This document shows positions 7,909 to 15,279 of a stretch of DNA of 64,000 bases, one piece after another (positions within the stretch are counted from its first letter, which is position 1; every line of letters starts with the position of its first letter). This DNA is from Candidatus Woesearchaeota archaeon (lineage in GTDB: Archaea > Nanobdellota > Nanobdellia > Woesearchaeales > UBA10216), in contig JACPTF010000007.1 of NCBI GenBank assembly GCA_016192915.1, forward strand, positions 38,623-102,622, in the 5' to 3' direction. The notes beneath the pieces are model-generated. The model had not been told where the DNA came from. It did no database searches and saw nothing but the letters and a program-made list of their open reading frames with translations. The position numbers and the translations under genes were made by a program.

Positions 7909-8769
7909 ATGGTATCCGGCAAGGAGTCTGCAAAGAAGGAGCTGGCAGTGGCTAGTCCGGCTGGTAGCAGCGGAACGTCAATAATAAAGAAAGTGCTTGC
8001 CAACAAAACTGTGATGATAGCGTTGGCTGCGCTTGTTGTAGTAATCCTGTTGGTTATCTGGCCTTTCCACGAATTGGACACTGCGAACAAGATTGTCAGC
8101 GGGATATTCTCACGCTCACTTGACAAGCTTGACACCTGCAAGGGTTTTGCAGACCTGGCAGCGAAAAACGACTGCTACAGGGAACTGGCTTTCTCTACAA
8201 ACAACACCAAATTCTGCGACAGGGTGTTTAACGCTTCAAAAATAACCGAAAGCTGTTATGCCAAGCTTGCGGTGGAGGCCAACAGTAAGAATGCCTGCAA
8301 CCAGATAAAAGACGTAAAAGCAAGGGGCTTTTGCCTGCACGAACTGGCAATTAACAAGGTAGAAACGCCCCTTTGCGGCAATATCGATGACAAATCATGG
8401 AGGAACGACTGCTACCGCCAGCTTGCACTTCTAACAGGGAAGCCAGACGCATGCTCAAAGATAGAAGATAACACAGGAATGGCCGACTGCTACCTGGGAC
8501 TTGCCAAAAACATTACTTCAGGGCCAACCTGCGCCTATATTCTAGACCAATCAATGAAAGATGCGTGCTTCTTGGAAATTGGCTCTGTTAATGGTGACAA
8601 GCTGCTATGTGCTGAAATAGAGGAGCCATCTACAAGATGGACCTGCTATCACAGGGCTGCAGTGATTACTGGGGAGATAGGGCTATGCAACAAGATCCCG
8701 GTAAATCTCAACCATAACTGCTTTAATGCTGTAAAGAAAGCGTTTCCCGGGTTAGCAAACAGCAGCTAA
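7909..8769 (+). CDS. membrane-anchored Cys-repeat protein
   Basis: N-terminal TM segment (VMIALAALVVVILLVIWPF). About 7 repeats of a C(Y/F)..LA unit: DCYRELA, SCYAKLA, FCLHELA, DCYRQLA, DCYLGLA, ACFLEIG, TCYHRAA. Confidence 0.55.
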   Translation: MVSGKESAKKELAVASPAGSSGTSIIKKVLANKTVMIALAALVVVILLVIWPFHELDTANKIVSGIFSRSLDKLDTCKGFADLAAKNDCYRELAFSTNNTKFCDRVFNASKITESCYAKLAVEANSKNACNQIKDVKARGFCLHELAINKVETPLCGNIDDKSWRNDCYRQLALLTGKPDACSKIEDNTGMADCYLGLAKNITSGPTCAYILDQSMKDACFLEIGSVNGDKLLCAEIEEPSTRWTCYHRAAVITGEIGLCNKIPVNLNHNCFNAVKKAFPGLANSS

Positions 8770-8770
8770 A

Positions 8771-9910
8771 CTATTGTTCTGAGTCGGCCGGCTGCTCCCT
8801 TTCCTTAACGTATGCCTCAAAGGCAGTCTTGAGCATGGTAATTATGACCGGCCCGACAACAAAGCCCACCAGGCCAAAGAAGTTTATCCCTCCGATAATG
8901 CCGAGGAAAACAAGGGCAGGGTGGATTCTTGCCTTTCTGCCAATTATTCTAGGCTTCAGCACGTTATCAATACCGCTGACTAGGAGCAGGCCATAAAAGA
9001 ACAGGCCAAGCCCCCTAAGGAAGATAAGCCCTTCGCCTGAGTAATAGCCGCTGGCCATGAGAAGCAGCGATGCCGGAAACCACACGATGTAAGGCCCAAG
9101 AAAGGGAATCAGCGAAACTATTGCCGTGATAATTCCCCAAATAATCGGTGATGGCACGCCAAACAGGTAAAAGCCCACTCCGGCGAGCATGCCCTGCAGC
9201 AAGGCAACAATGACAGTGCCGTAAATCACGGCAGAAGCAACCTGGCTGAACTGCACTATAAGCGCGTCCTGTCTCTGCTTCCTGACCGGCAGTATGTTCT
9301 TGACTGCTTCAACAAACTTTGTTCCGTCCTTGAACATGTAATACATGATGAAAAAGACAATGAATAGGTTAAGGACAATGGAAGGCAGGGAAAGTATGGC
9401 CTGGGTTGTCCTGTTGACAATGTACTCTGTTCCCTTGCCAAGGGTGTTTGTGAGGACGGCCTTGACTTTAGGGCTTGCATCCTTAAGATTTGGAGGTATC
9501 AGCTGGCACAGGCCGTCTCCCCCGCACTGAATCGCCTTGCTACCGCCCTCGATGTACTGCTTCGCAACAACAAAAGCAACCGATACCTCGTTTGAAAGCT
9601 TGTTCACCACAAAGAACGACGGCACAGTGATAAGCAACAGGATGACCACGGTGATAAGCAGCGCAGATACGGTCTTCATCCTAAGGCGGGAATAAACTGC
9701 CCCGTACACCGGATAAAAAATATAGCTAAGAATGATGCCTGCCAGCACTGTTTTGAACAGTGACCTGAGTATCAGAGCGGACAGGAATGTAAGCAAAATC
9801 AGAAGCACAACAGAGTAGCGTATAGTAAGCTTGATGCCCATCACCTTCCGATTCTTGCCATGATTTGGTTTTCGTAACTGGCTCTTAACAAATTTTCTCA
9901 AATTTTGCAA
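8771..9910 (-). CDS. AI-2E family transporter (PerM/UPF0118)
   Basis: Multi-TM protein with the typical C-terminal LIPFLGPYIVWFPA...IDNVLKPRIIG...HPALVFLGIIGG signature. The track start is TTG at 9910. An ATG at 9841 (MGIKLTI) is an alternative start. Confidence 0.8.
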   Translation of the reverse strand: MQNLRKFVKSQLRKPNHGKNRKVMGIKLTIRYSVVLLILLTFLSALILRSLFKTVLAGIILSYIFYPVYGAVYSRLRMKTVSALLITVVILLLITVPSFFVVNKLSNEVSVAFVVAKQYIEGGSKAIQCGGDGLCQLIPPNLKDASPKVKAVLTNTLGKGTEYIVNRTTQAILSLPSIVLNLFIVFFIMYYMFKDGTKFVEAVKNILPVRKQRQDALIVQFSQVASAVIYGTVIVALLQGMLAGVGFYLFGVPSPIIWGIITAIVSLIPFLGPYIVWFPASLLLMASGYYSGEGLIFLRGLGLFFYGLLLVSGIDNVLKPRIIGRKARIHPALVFLGIIGGINFFGLVGFVVGPVIITMLKTAFEAYVKEREQPADSEQ

Positions 9911-9953
9911 AACCTGACCCCTTTAACATTATAAATCTTTTGCACATTAAGAA

Positions 9954-10092
9954 CCCAAGTCGGCTTGCGCCGCAAATCGGCAGCAGCCGATTGCGCATTC
10001 CGCCTTGCGGAATTGCGACTGGGCCCAGTCGAGTTAGCTTCGTTTTAGAGACGAAGAATGTCGCCTCGCCGGCGACATATGCTCGACTTGGG
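9954..10092 (+). repeat. expanded/nested twin-hairpin element (139 nt)
   Basis: CCCAAGTCG...CGACTGGG encloses two hairpins. It is immediately followed by CCCAGTCGAG...CTCGACTTGGG enclosing two more. Sits in the 3' trailer of tRNA-Val. Confidence 0.7.
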
Positions 10093-10099
10093 GGTTGAG

Positions 10100-10263
10100 T
10101 GGGCTCGCCCAGACATCCTCACTGGCGTTCGGGGCACAAATCGCTGATGCGATTGTGCCCAGTCGGTTTTTCACCGACTTGGGCATTGCCGCCGGGCGCC
10201 AATATTCGAACTGGGGACATCTTCCACGTCAAGGAAGCATCATAACCACTAGATCACGAGCCC
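10100..10263 (-). tRNA. tRNA-Val (anticodon GAC) with 91-nt T-loop intron
   Basis: Minus strand: GGGCTCG...CTTCC-TTGACGT-GGAAG, ATGTC, CCCAG-TTCGAA | intron 10204..10114 | T-CTGGG-CGAGCCC-A. Confidence 0.75.
10135..10183 (+). repeat. twin-hairpin element copy B (49 nt), core of the tRNA-Val intron
   Basis: CACAAATCGctgatgCGATTGTG CCCAGTCGgtttttcacCGACTTGGG. Confidence 0.8.
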
Positions 10264-10445
10264 GAAAAACACCTAAAGCTCCGAAATTTTGACAGCAGCT
10301 AACAATTTATAAAGCTTTTGCGGCTTTTTATCTCAAGTTATTACAACTTTCCTATTTATTGTTACCTGTGCTGCGAGCAAAAGAAAGAAACAAAAAAGAA
10401 AAAAAATGCCCAGCGCTTAATTACAAAGACATTGCGCGGGTTTTG

Positions 10446-10832
10446 TTATCTGCGCTCGGCAAGCCCGAAAATCTGCTTCAGCGCCACGACGATTGTAGCT
10501 GGCACCATGAACACAAGGATTGAGTCAAGCATTGACCCCAGGTAAGTGCCGAGCGGAGCAACAACCTCCCTGAGGACGTTGCTGCCGAGAGTTGCTACCA
10601 ACGCGAGCGAGACAGCCGCAAGCAGGAACGAATTTGTCTCCTTTGTGGTAATGTTAAGAAGCCCGACAATTATACCCAGCAGCAAAAGGAACGACGTTAC
10701 AGTCTGATTAGACCTGTCAGGCATGAACGCTCCTGTAAGCAGGGCAACAACTACGCCTAGCAAGAAAGCCCAGCTTCCAACAGACTGCAGAGAGCTATTA
10801 GAAGGTATAATTGTTGATTTGGACTTGGCCAT
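10446..10832 (-). CDS. small membrane protein
   Basis: ATG at 10832 preceded by GGAGGT. 3-4 hydrophobic helices. Confidence 0.5.
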   Translation of the reverse strand: MAKSKSTIIPSNSSLQSVGSWAFLLGVVVALLTGAFMPDRSNQTVTSFLLLLGIIVGLLNITTKETNSFLLAAVSLALVATLGSNVLREVVAPLGTYLGSMLDSILVFMVPATIVVALKQIFGLAERR

Positions 10833-10981
10833 TTTTTGCAACCTCCTTTTTTCCTACTATTTCCTATTATTCACGGCCAGTCAACCTGGCCATAAGCCTT
10901 TCAGTCTCCTTATTTCAGCAGTATTTAAACTTTACGGTAGAATTACGCATAAACTGAAGCTGCATAAATCAGAAGGTGCAC

Positions 10982-11410
10982 TTACATAACAGGCTCAGAG
11001 TGCCCGCCGATTGCTGTGGTTGAGGTGATTAACTCTTTAGAGCCCGTGCGAACACCACCCTTCTCATTTTCTTTATAGACCACAACAGCCGGAATGTGTT
11101 CAGAAAGCTGAGTCAGCTGCAGTGAAATTTTCCGTACCTTTTCAAGAATCTCTTTGAGCTCCCAGTTAAGCATCCCTTCGCGCTCCTCGGCAAAGGCAAT
11201 CATTGACAGGCGCTTGTGCAGCTCTTCAAGGTACTTGAGATGCTCAAGGCACTCTGATTTCTCGCTGTAGTTGCGTGTTTCAGCGCAGCGCTCAATATCC
11301 GCAACGCTTCGCAGCTCATAATCAGGCACTTCGTAAGCCTTCCTGCCATAGCTCTTTGTAAAGTCACTCAGCGAGTATCCGAATTCTGCGTCGTAATCCT
11401 CCAAAGCCAT
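10982..11410 (-). CDS. hypothetical protein
   Basis: 142 aa acidic/helical ORF with no recognisable motif. Confidence 0.4.
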   Translation of the reverse strand: MALEDYDAEFGYSLSDFTKSYGRKAYEVPDYELRSVADIERCAETRNYSEKSECLEHLKYLEELHKRLSMIAFAEEREGMLNWELKEILEKVRKISLQLTQLSEHIPAVVVYKENEKGGVRTGSKELITSTTAIGGHSEPVM

Positions 11411-11494
11411 TCTTATCGCCCCAGCACAATCTCCAAAACCTGTGCATAATATCCCGTGGAAGCAACTGGCATCCTGTTGCTGTTGCCAAAGAAA

Positions 11495-11541
11495 CCCAAA
11501 TCGCAGCAGCCGATTGCGCCCAGTCGCAGTAGCGACTTGGG
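11495..11541 (+). repeat. twin-hairpin element copy D (47 nt, first hairpin degenerate), free-standing
   Basis: CCCAAATCGcagcagcCGATTGCG CCCAGTCGcagtagCGACTTGGG. No tRNA nearby. Confidence 0.75.
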
Positions 11542-11685
11542 AAACGTAAAACTATTCGACTAATGCCCCTGTAGGCTTATAATCATAAATAACTTTGGGT
11601 TATAATTTATAAACATTATAAAAGAAGCTGATTTTATAAAAAGGCTCGGAATCTATTTAGTCCTTTGCTACGGAATTCACAATCC

Positions 11686-11693
11686 TTAAATAT
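11686..11693 (+). promoter_or_regulatory. TATA box (TTAAATAT) for PPIase gene
   Basis: 30 nt upstream of ATG 11716, which predicts a leaderless mRNA. Confidence 0.45.
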
Positions 11694-11715
11694 GCCCTGC
11701 TTAGCTGAAGGGCTA

Positions 11716-12327
11716 ATGAGAATTCAAAAAGCAGCCGCTGTCATAGTCATCATTGCTGTTGTAGCCGCAGTTTTTCTCGCTATCAGTAATTCGAAGAGCA
11801 GGACTAATCAAGGGCAAGGTGATAAACATATGAACGCAGCTACAGTTATCATTGAAACAAACAAGGGAAAAATTGAGGTAGAGCTCTATCCCGACAAGGC
11901 CCCCATAACAGTAAAAAACTTCCTTGACTATGTCAACGAGGGCTTTTATGATGGCACAGTCTTTCACAGGGTAATCCCCGGATTCATGATACAGGGAGGA
12001 GGGTTCACTCCTGATGGCGCACAGAAGCCAACGCACGAGCAAATAAAGCTGGAGTCAAGCAATGGCCTTAAGAACAAAGTTGGAACAATAGCCATGGCAA
12101 GGACGAACATCCCTGACAGCGCCTCCAGCCAGTTCTTCATCAACATTGCAGACAACAGTCCCCTCGACTACAATCCTGGAAATGACGGCTACGCAGTCTT
12201 CGGGACGGTAACGAAAGGCATGGACGTAGTTAACGCCATCGCCGCAGTCAAGACCAGCAGCCGCGGCCCGTACGACGACTGGCCTATAGAGGATGTTGTG
12301 ATAAAGAAAGTGTCGGTGAAGAAATAA
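11716..12327 (+). CDS. ppiB: cyclophilin-type peptidyl-prolyl cis-trans isomerase, membrane-anchored
   Basis: FHRVIPGFMIQGGGF, MARTN.PDSASSQFFIN. N-terminal TM AAAVIVIIAVVAAVFLAI. Start moved from the TTG at 11665 to the ATG at 11716. Confidence 0.85.
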   Translation: MRIQKAAAVIVIIAVVAAVFLAISNSKSRTNQGQGDKHMNAATVIIETNKGKIEVELYPDKAPITVKNFLDYVNEGFYDGTVFHRVIPGFMIQGGGFTPDGAQKPTHEQIKLESSNGLKNKVGTIAMARTNIPDSASSQFFINIADNSPLDYNPGNDGYAVFGTVTKGMDVVNAIAAVKTSSRGPYDDWPIEDVVIKKVSVKK

Positions 12328-12456
12328 AGCCTCTGCGGGGACTTGCACCCCGGACCTCGTCCTGATTGGTCAACCGTTTTTGGTTGAGCTTTTGTTCGCC
12401 CACAGGCGAATAAAAGATCATACCAAGGACGCGCGCTACTGCTGCGCCACAGAGGC
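12328..12456 (-). tRNA. tRNA-Thr (anticodon GGU) with canonical 57-nt intron
   Basis: GCCTCTG-TG-GCGC-AGCAGTA-GCGC-G-CGTCC-TTGGTA | intron 12420..12364 | A-GGACG-AGGTC-CGGGG-TGCAAGT-CCCCG-CAGAGGC-T. Abuts the PPIase stop codon. Confidence 0.75.
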
Positions 12457-12492
12457 ATAAGGGCACTCACTTCGTTCGCGCCCTTATCAACC
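12457..12492 (-). repeat. tRNA leader hairpin GGTTGATAAGGGC-loop-GCCCTTAT
   Basis: Immediately 5' of tRNA-Thr on the minus strand. Confidence 0.7.
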
Positions 12493-12518
12493 TACTAAAC
12501 CTTCGCATATGCAAATGA

Positions 12519-12526
12519 TTTTTAAA
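12519..12526. promoter_or_regulatory. single near-symmetric TATA element (TTTTTAAA) between divergent tRNA-Thr and the DUF192 gene
   Basis: About 31 nt from ATG 12550 on plus and ~34 nt from the leader hairpin start (12492) on minus. Confidence 0.4.
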
Positions 12527-12549
12527 GGTATTTGTCAGAAAAGCCGCTT

Positions 12550-13050
12550 ATGGCAAATCTGAAGACTGTCATGATTTCCGCATCCGTGCTGTCTGCTGTC
12601 TTCTTTTTTTTAGCCTTTGGTCTAACTAACCTGGTTCATAAATCTGATAATGCCACAGGCGCAACCCAGACTGCAAATGACAGGGCTATTGTAACCTTTT
12701 ATCCTGAGTCGCTCATAATAAACGCTGAAGTTGCCGATAATGAAACAGAGATTGAAACAGGGCTCATGTTCAGGAAATCTCTCGGGAAGAATGAAGGCAT
12801 GCTTTTCGTTTTCCCGGATTCAGCCGTGAGGAATTTCTGGATGAAAAACACACTGATACCCCTCGACATCGTGTTCATTTCCGAAGACTTCACCGTGGTA
12901 AAGATTCACCACGCCATGCCATGCCAAGCAGACCCATGTCCGCTCTACAACTCAGGGCAGCCAGTCAAATACGTCCTTGAAGTGCATGAAAACCTTACCA
13001 CGGCATACGGAATCAAAGAAGGCGGCAGCAGGGTTGAGATAATAAGATAA
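12550..13050 (+). CDS. DUF192 family protein
   Basis: GLMFR..L....GMLFVF......FWMKNTLIPLDIVFI pattern typical of DUF192/COG1430. N-terminal TM. ATG start chosen. Confidence 0.6.
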   Translation: MANLKTVMISASVLSAVFFFLAFGLTNLVHKSDNATGATQTANDRAIVTFYPESLIINAEVADNETEIETGLMFRKSLGKNEGMLFVFPDSAVRNFWMKNTLIPLDIVFISEDFTVVKIHHAMPCQADPCPLYNSGQPVKYVLEVHENLTTAYGIKEGGSRVEIIR

Positions 13051-13157
13051 GAATAAGATTTGAATGCGTTTCTGATCAACGCGTTTTCTTGTCAACCTTC
13101 TTTCAAAGCCGTTTTTGGTCAAGCTTTTTGCGAACCACTGTGAGCAAAAAGGTTGAA

Positions 13158-13289
13158 TGCGGGGGAAGGGATTTGAACCCTTGAAGGGACTAACCCACAG
13201 GATGTCCTCCGGCAGATTTTCTGCCTGGCTTAAGTCTCGCAGACGATTTTTCGTCTCCTGCGCATTTAGCCGGGCTTTGCTACCCCCGC
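13158..13289 (-). tRNA. tRNA-Leu (probable anticodon UAA) with two introns flanking the anticodon
   Basis: GCGGGGG-TA-GCA-(13-nt loop)-TGC-G-CAGGA | 21 nt 13255..13235 | CTTAAG | 25 nt 13228..13204 | A-TCCTG, long variable arm, AAGGG-TTCAAAT-CCCTT-CCCCCGC-A. Confidence 0.6.
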
Positions 13290-13290
13290 G

Positions 13291-13370
13291 TGTGACCCCT
13301 TTGCGAAAGCGGTCAATCGGAACCCAAATCGCTGCTGCGATTGGGCCCAGTCGACGCAAGTCGACTTGGG
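13291..13370 (+). repeat. composite element: GTGACCC..GGTCAATC hairpin + twin-hairpin copy E
   Basis: tgtgacccctttgcgaaagcggtcaatcgg, then CCCAAATCGctgctgCGATTGGG CCCAGTCGacgcaagtCGACTTGGG. Lies in the 5' flank of tRNA-Leu, antisense to it. Confidence 0.8.
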
Positions 13371-13451
13371 AACCGACGACTGCCTGCAAAAAAGGTCAAT
13401 CAGAAAATGATTGATGCAATTTATAAAGGTTGTTGAGGCCGGTGAGCGCCC

Positions 13452-13772
13452 TCATAACTCTAAGAAAACTTCGGTGCCCTGAACCTTCACTTTGTAAGTC
13501 TTCAGCTTTTTGCTGGGGTCAAACTCTGTTTCGCCGCTTTTCAAGCTGTAAACCCAGCCGTGCCAGGGGCATTCAACAGTAAGCTCGGACTCATTCACGA
13601 AACCTTCCCCAACAGGTCCGCCCGCGTGAAGGCAGGTGTTGTGAGTAGCATAGAAGCTGCCATTTACATTGAAGACTGCTATCGGCTCGCCCTTCACTTG
13701 AACAATCTTGGCAGTCCCGGAAGGAATGTCACTCACAGAAGCAACTTTGACAAGCTCGCCCATTTTAATCAC
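13452..13772 (-). CDS. Rieske [2Fe-2S] ferredoxin-like protein
   Basis: CLHAGGPV ... CPWHGW (CxH...CxxH) Rieske motifs. 106 aa. Confidence 0.8.
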   Translation of the reverse strand: MIKMGELVKVASVSDIPSGTAKIVQVKGEPIAVFNVNGSFYATHNTCLHAGGPVGEGFVNESELTVECPWHGWVYSLKSGETEFDPSKKLKTYKVKVQGTEVFLEL

Positions 13773-13809
13773 AAAACCCGGAAAGTTGCGGAATATTTAA
13801 GTGTTATGA

Positions 13810-14325
13810 TTAACGCCCCGCAAGCACGGGTTCTGGCAAAGGGTTTGCGCTTTTAGGCAGTAAAGGCAGCTCGCGCAACTCATAGTCAAATGGCGCTTTT
13901 AGCCTTATCTTTTGTTCTAATGAATCAATGCGGCCTTTCAGGTATTCTGCAAAGTCAGGGATCTCGAATTTTCGTTGTGACAGATAAAACCCTAAAGCAG
14001 TATGGTATGCCTCCCTTGCGTTCTCCAGCTGCGGAACGACTGCTTGCGGTGAAGCTTGGTCATTAAGTCGCCTTTGGGCATCAAACTCATATGCTTCTCC
14101 GACTGACTTCATGCCGAAGGCATCTCCTGTTTCATCATAAAGCCTTCGCATTGCTACAATAAGGTTCATTTGCTCTTCAGGGTTTAGTTCATCCAGTTGC
14201 CTGTCAAATATTCCGAAACCTAACTGCTCTTCCAAGCTCCTTTCAGCAGTTCTTCCCTGCCTTCTTACACCTACACCAACAAGATCTTTGCCCATCATGT
14301 CGTGCTTGTTATGCGAACAACCCAT
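13810..14325 (-). CDS. hypothetical protein
   Basis: ATG start at 14325 (MGCSHNKHD...). The track start at 14358 is TTG. Confidence 0.4.
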   Translation of the reverse strand: MGCSHNKHDMMGKDLVGVGVRRQGRTAERSLEEQLGFGIFDRQLDELNPEEQMNLIVAMRRLYDETGDAFGMKSVGEAYEFDAQRRLNDQASPQAVVPQLENAREAYHTALGFYLSQRKFEIPDFAEYLKGRIDSLEQKIRLKAPFDYELRELPLLPKSANPLPEPVLAGR

Positions 14326-14388
14326 TGTTAAACCTTTACTATATACTATATTGAGCAACAGAAATCCAAAACCAAAACATTTATATAT

Positions 14389-14439
14389 CAGTATACTAAA
14401 GGGGGTAGTTCCACTATTGGTGTGGATATTAGTATACTG
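14389..14439. promoter_or_regulatory. two copies of the 8-bp palindrome AGTATACT in a divergent intergenic region
   Basis: cAGTATACTa at 14389-14398 and tAGTATACTg at 14430-14439. Confidence 0.4.
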
Positions 14440-14507
14440 ACGTCGGTTACGCTTCCGGCAGATTTAACAATTAAATTGATTGATTTGGTTATTGAGAGGT
14501 GGGCAGG

Positions 14508-15074
14508 ATGGGCATTGAAGAAATTCAGAAAGTTAACGCGCTGGCAAGGGAATTAATGCGGCATAACATAGTGCAAACATCAGATGAGGCCATGCTCAGG
14601 GCACAGGAGATGCTCAGGGGCGATTCTGTCAATTCAATGACGGATGCCATAACGTCTAATACATCAATAGGAAAGTCAGAGCAAGCTTACGCTAACCACC
14701 AAGTCATGTCTGAACTGAACATGGACATAAGGTCGCTTGGGGTGAGGTTTGACGCTATTGTAAGGGAAGTGCTGACGCTTAAGGATGAAATTAAAAAGCT
14801 TGGCGGAGGCCTTGGCGACGTCAGCAAGCAGATTAACAGGATGTCTGTCCAGCAACCGCAGCCAGTGGCTAGCGTGGTGGAAAATCACGCAGTCCATGCA
14901 GCAGCTGAACCAATGCCGCAGATGCAAACGCAGCAGACCTTTGCAAGAGAGACCGTAGCTATGCAGCAGACGCTTGAGAAGCCAAGGGTTTCTTCATCCA
15001 CGGCAAGGGCAGGCAGGGAAGAGTTCAAGCCAGAGGACGTTGCTATCGAGAAGATATTCTACTTTGGCAAGTAA
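14508..15074 (+). CDS. hypothetical coiled-coil protein
   Basis: ATG at 14508 preceded by GAGAGGTG. Gln/Ala-rich C-terminal half. Confidence 0.4.
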   Translation: MGIEEIQKVNALARELMRHNIVQTSDEAMLRAQEMLRGDSVNSMTDAITSNTSIGKSEQAYANHQVMSELNMDIRSLGVRFDAIVREVLTLKDEIKKLGGGLGDVSKQINRMSVQQPQPVASVVENHAVHAAAEPMPQMQTQQTFARETVAMQQTLEKPRVSSSTARAGREEFKPEDVAIEKIFYFGK

Positions 15075-15082
15075 CGATTGGA

Positions 15083-15125
15083 TTTCTTTGTTCTTTTTCT
15101 TTCATTACTTTTTTACTTTTTTTCT
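15083..15125 (+). terminator. T-rich terminator tract
   Basis: tttctttgttctttttctttcattacttttttacttttttt directly after the stop at 15074. Confidence 0.5.
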
Positions 15126-15279
15126 ATCTCTATAATAATGGTGTGATCGTGGTGGCCTCCATTGAAGGGCAAATATATTCTCCAGAAACAAAACGTTTAT
15201 ATACTAGTTGTAACTACTCGGGAATTAATAAATTGATTTTTGTCAATTAAACTAAAAACAGTTGGGGGTTGGCTATACA

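Noticed and set aside
7542-7955. ORFs 7542..7955 (+), 7596..7838 (-), 7657..7863 (-)
   Set aside because: They run through tRNA-Ser(CGA) and the hairpin-rich trailer. The region is better explained as structured RNA/repeat DNA. The real CDS starts at 7909.
12055-12470. Minus-strand ORFs 12055..12348, 12189..12470, 12284..12466
   Set aside because: They overlap the well-supported cyclophilin gene and the tRNA-Thr gene and intron. They have no motifs.
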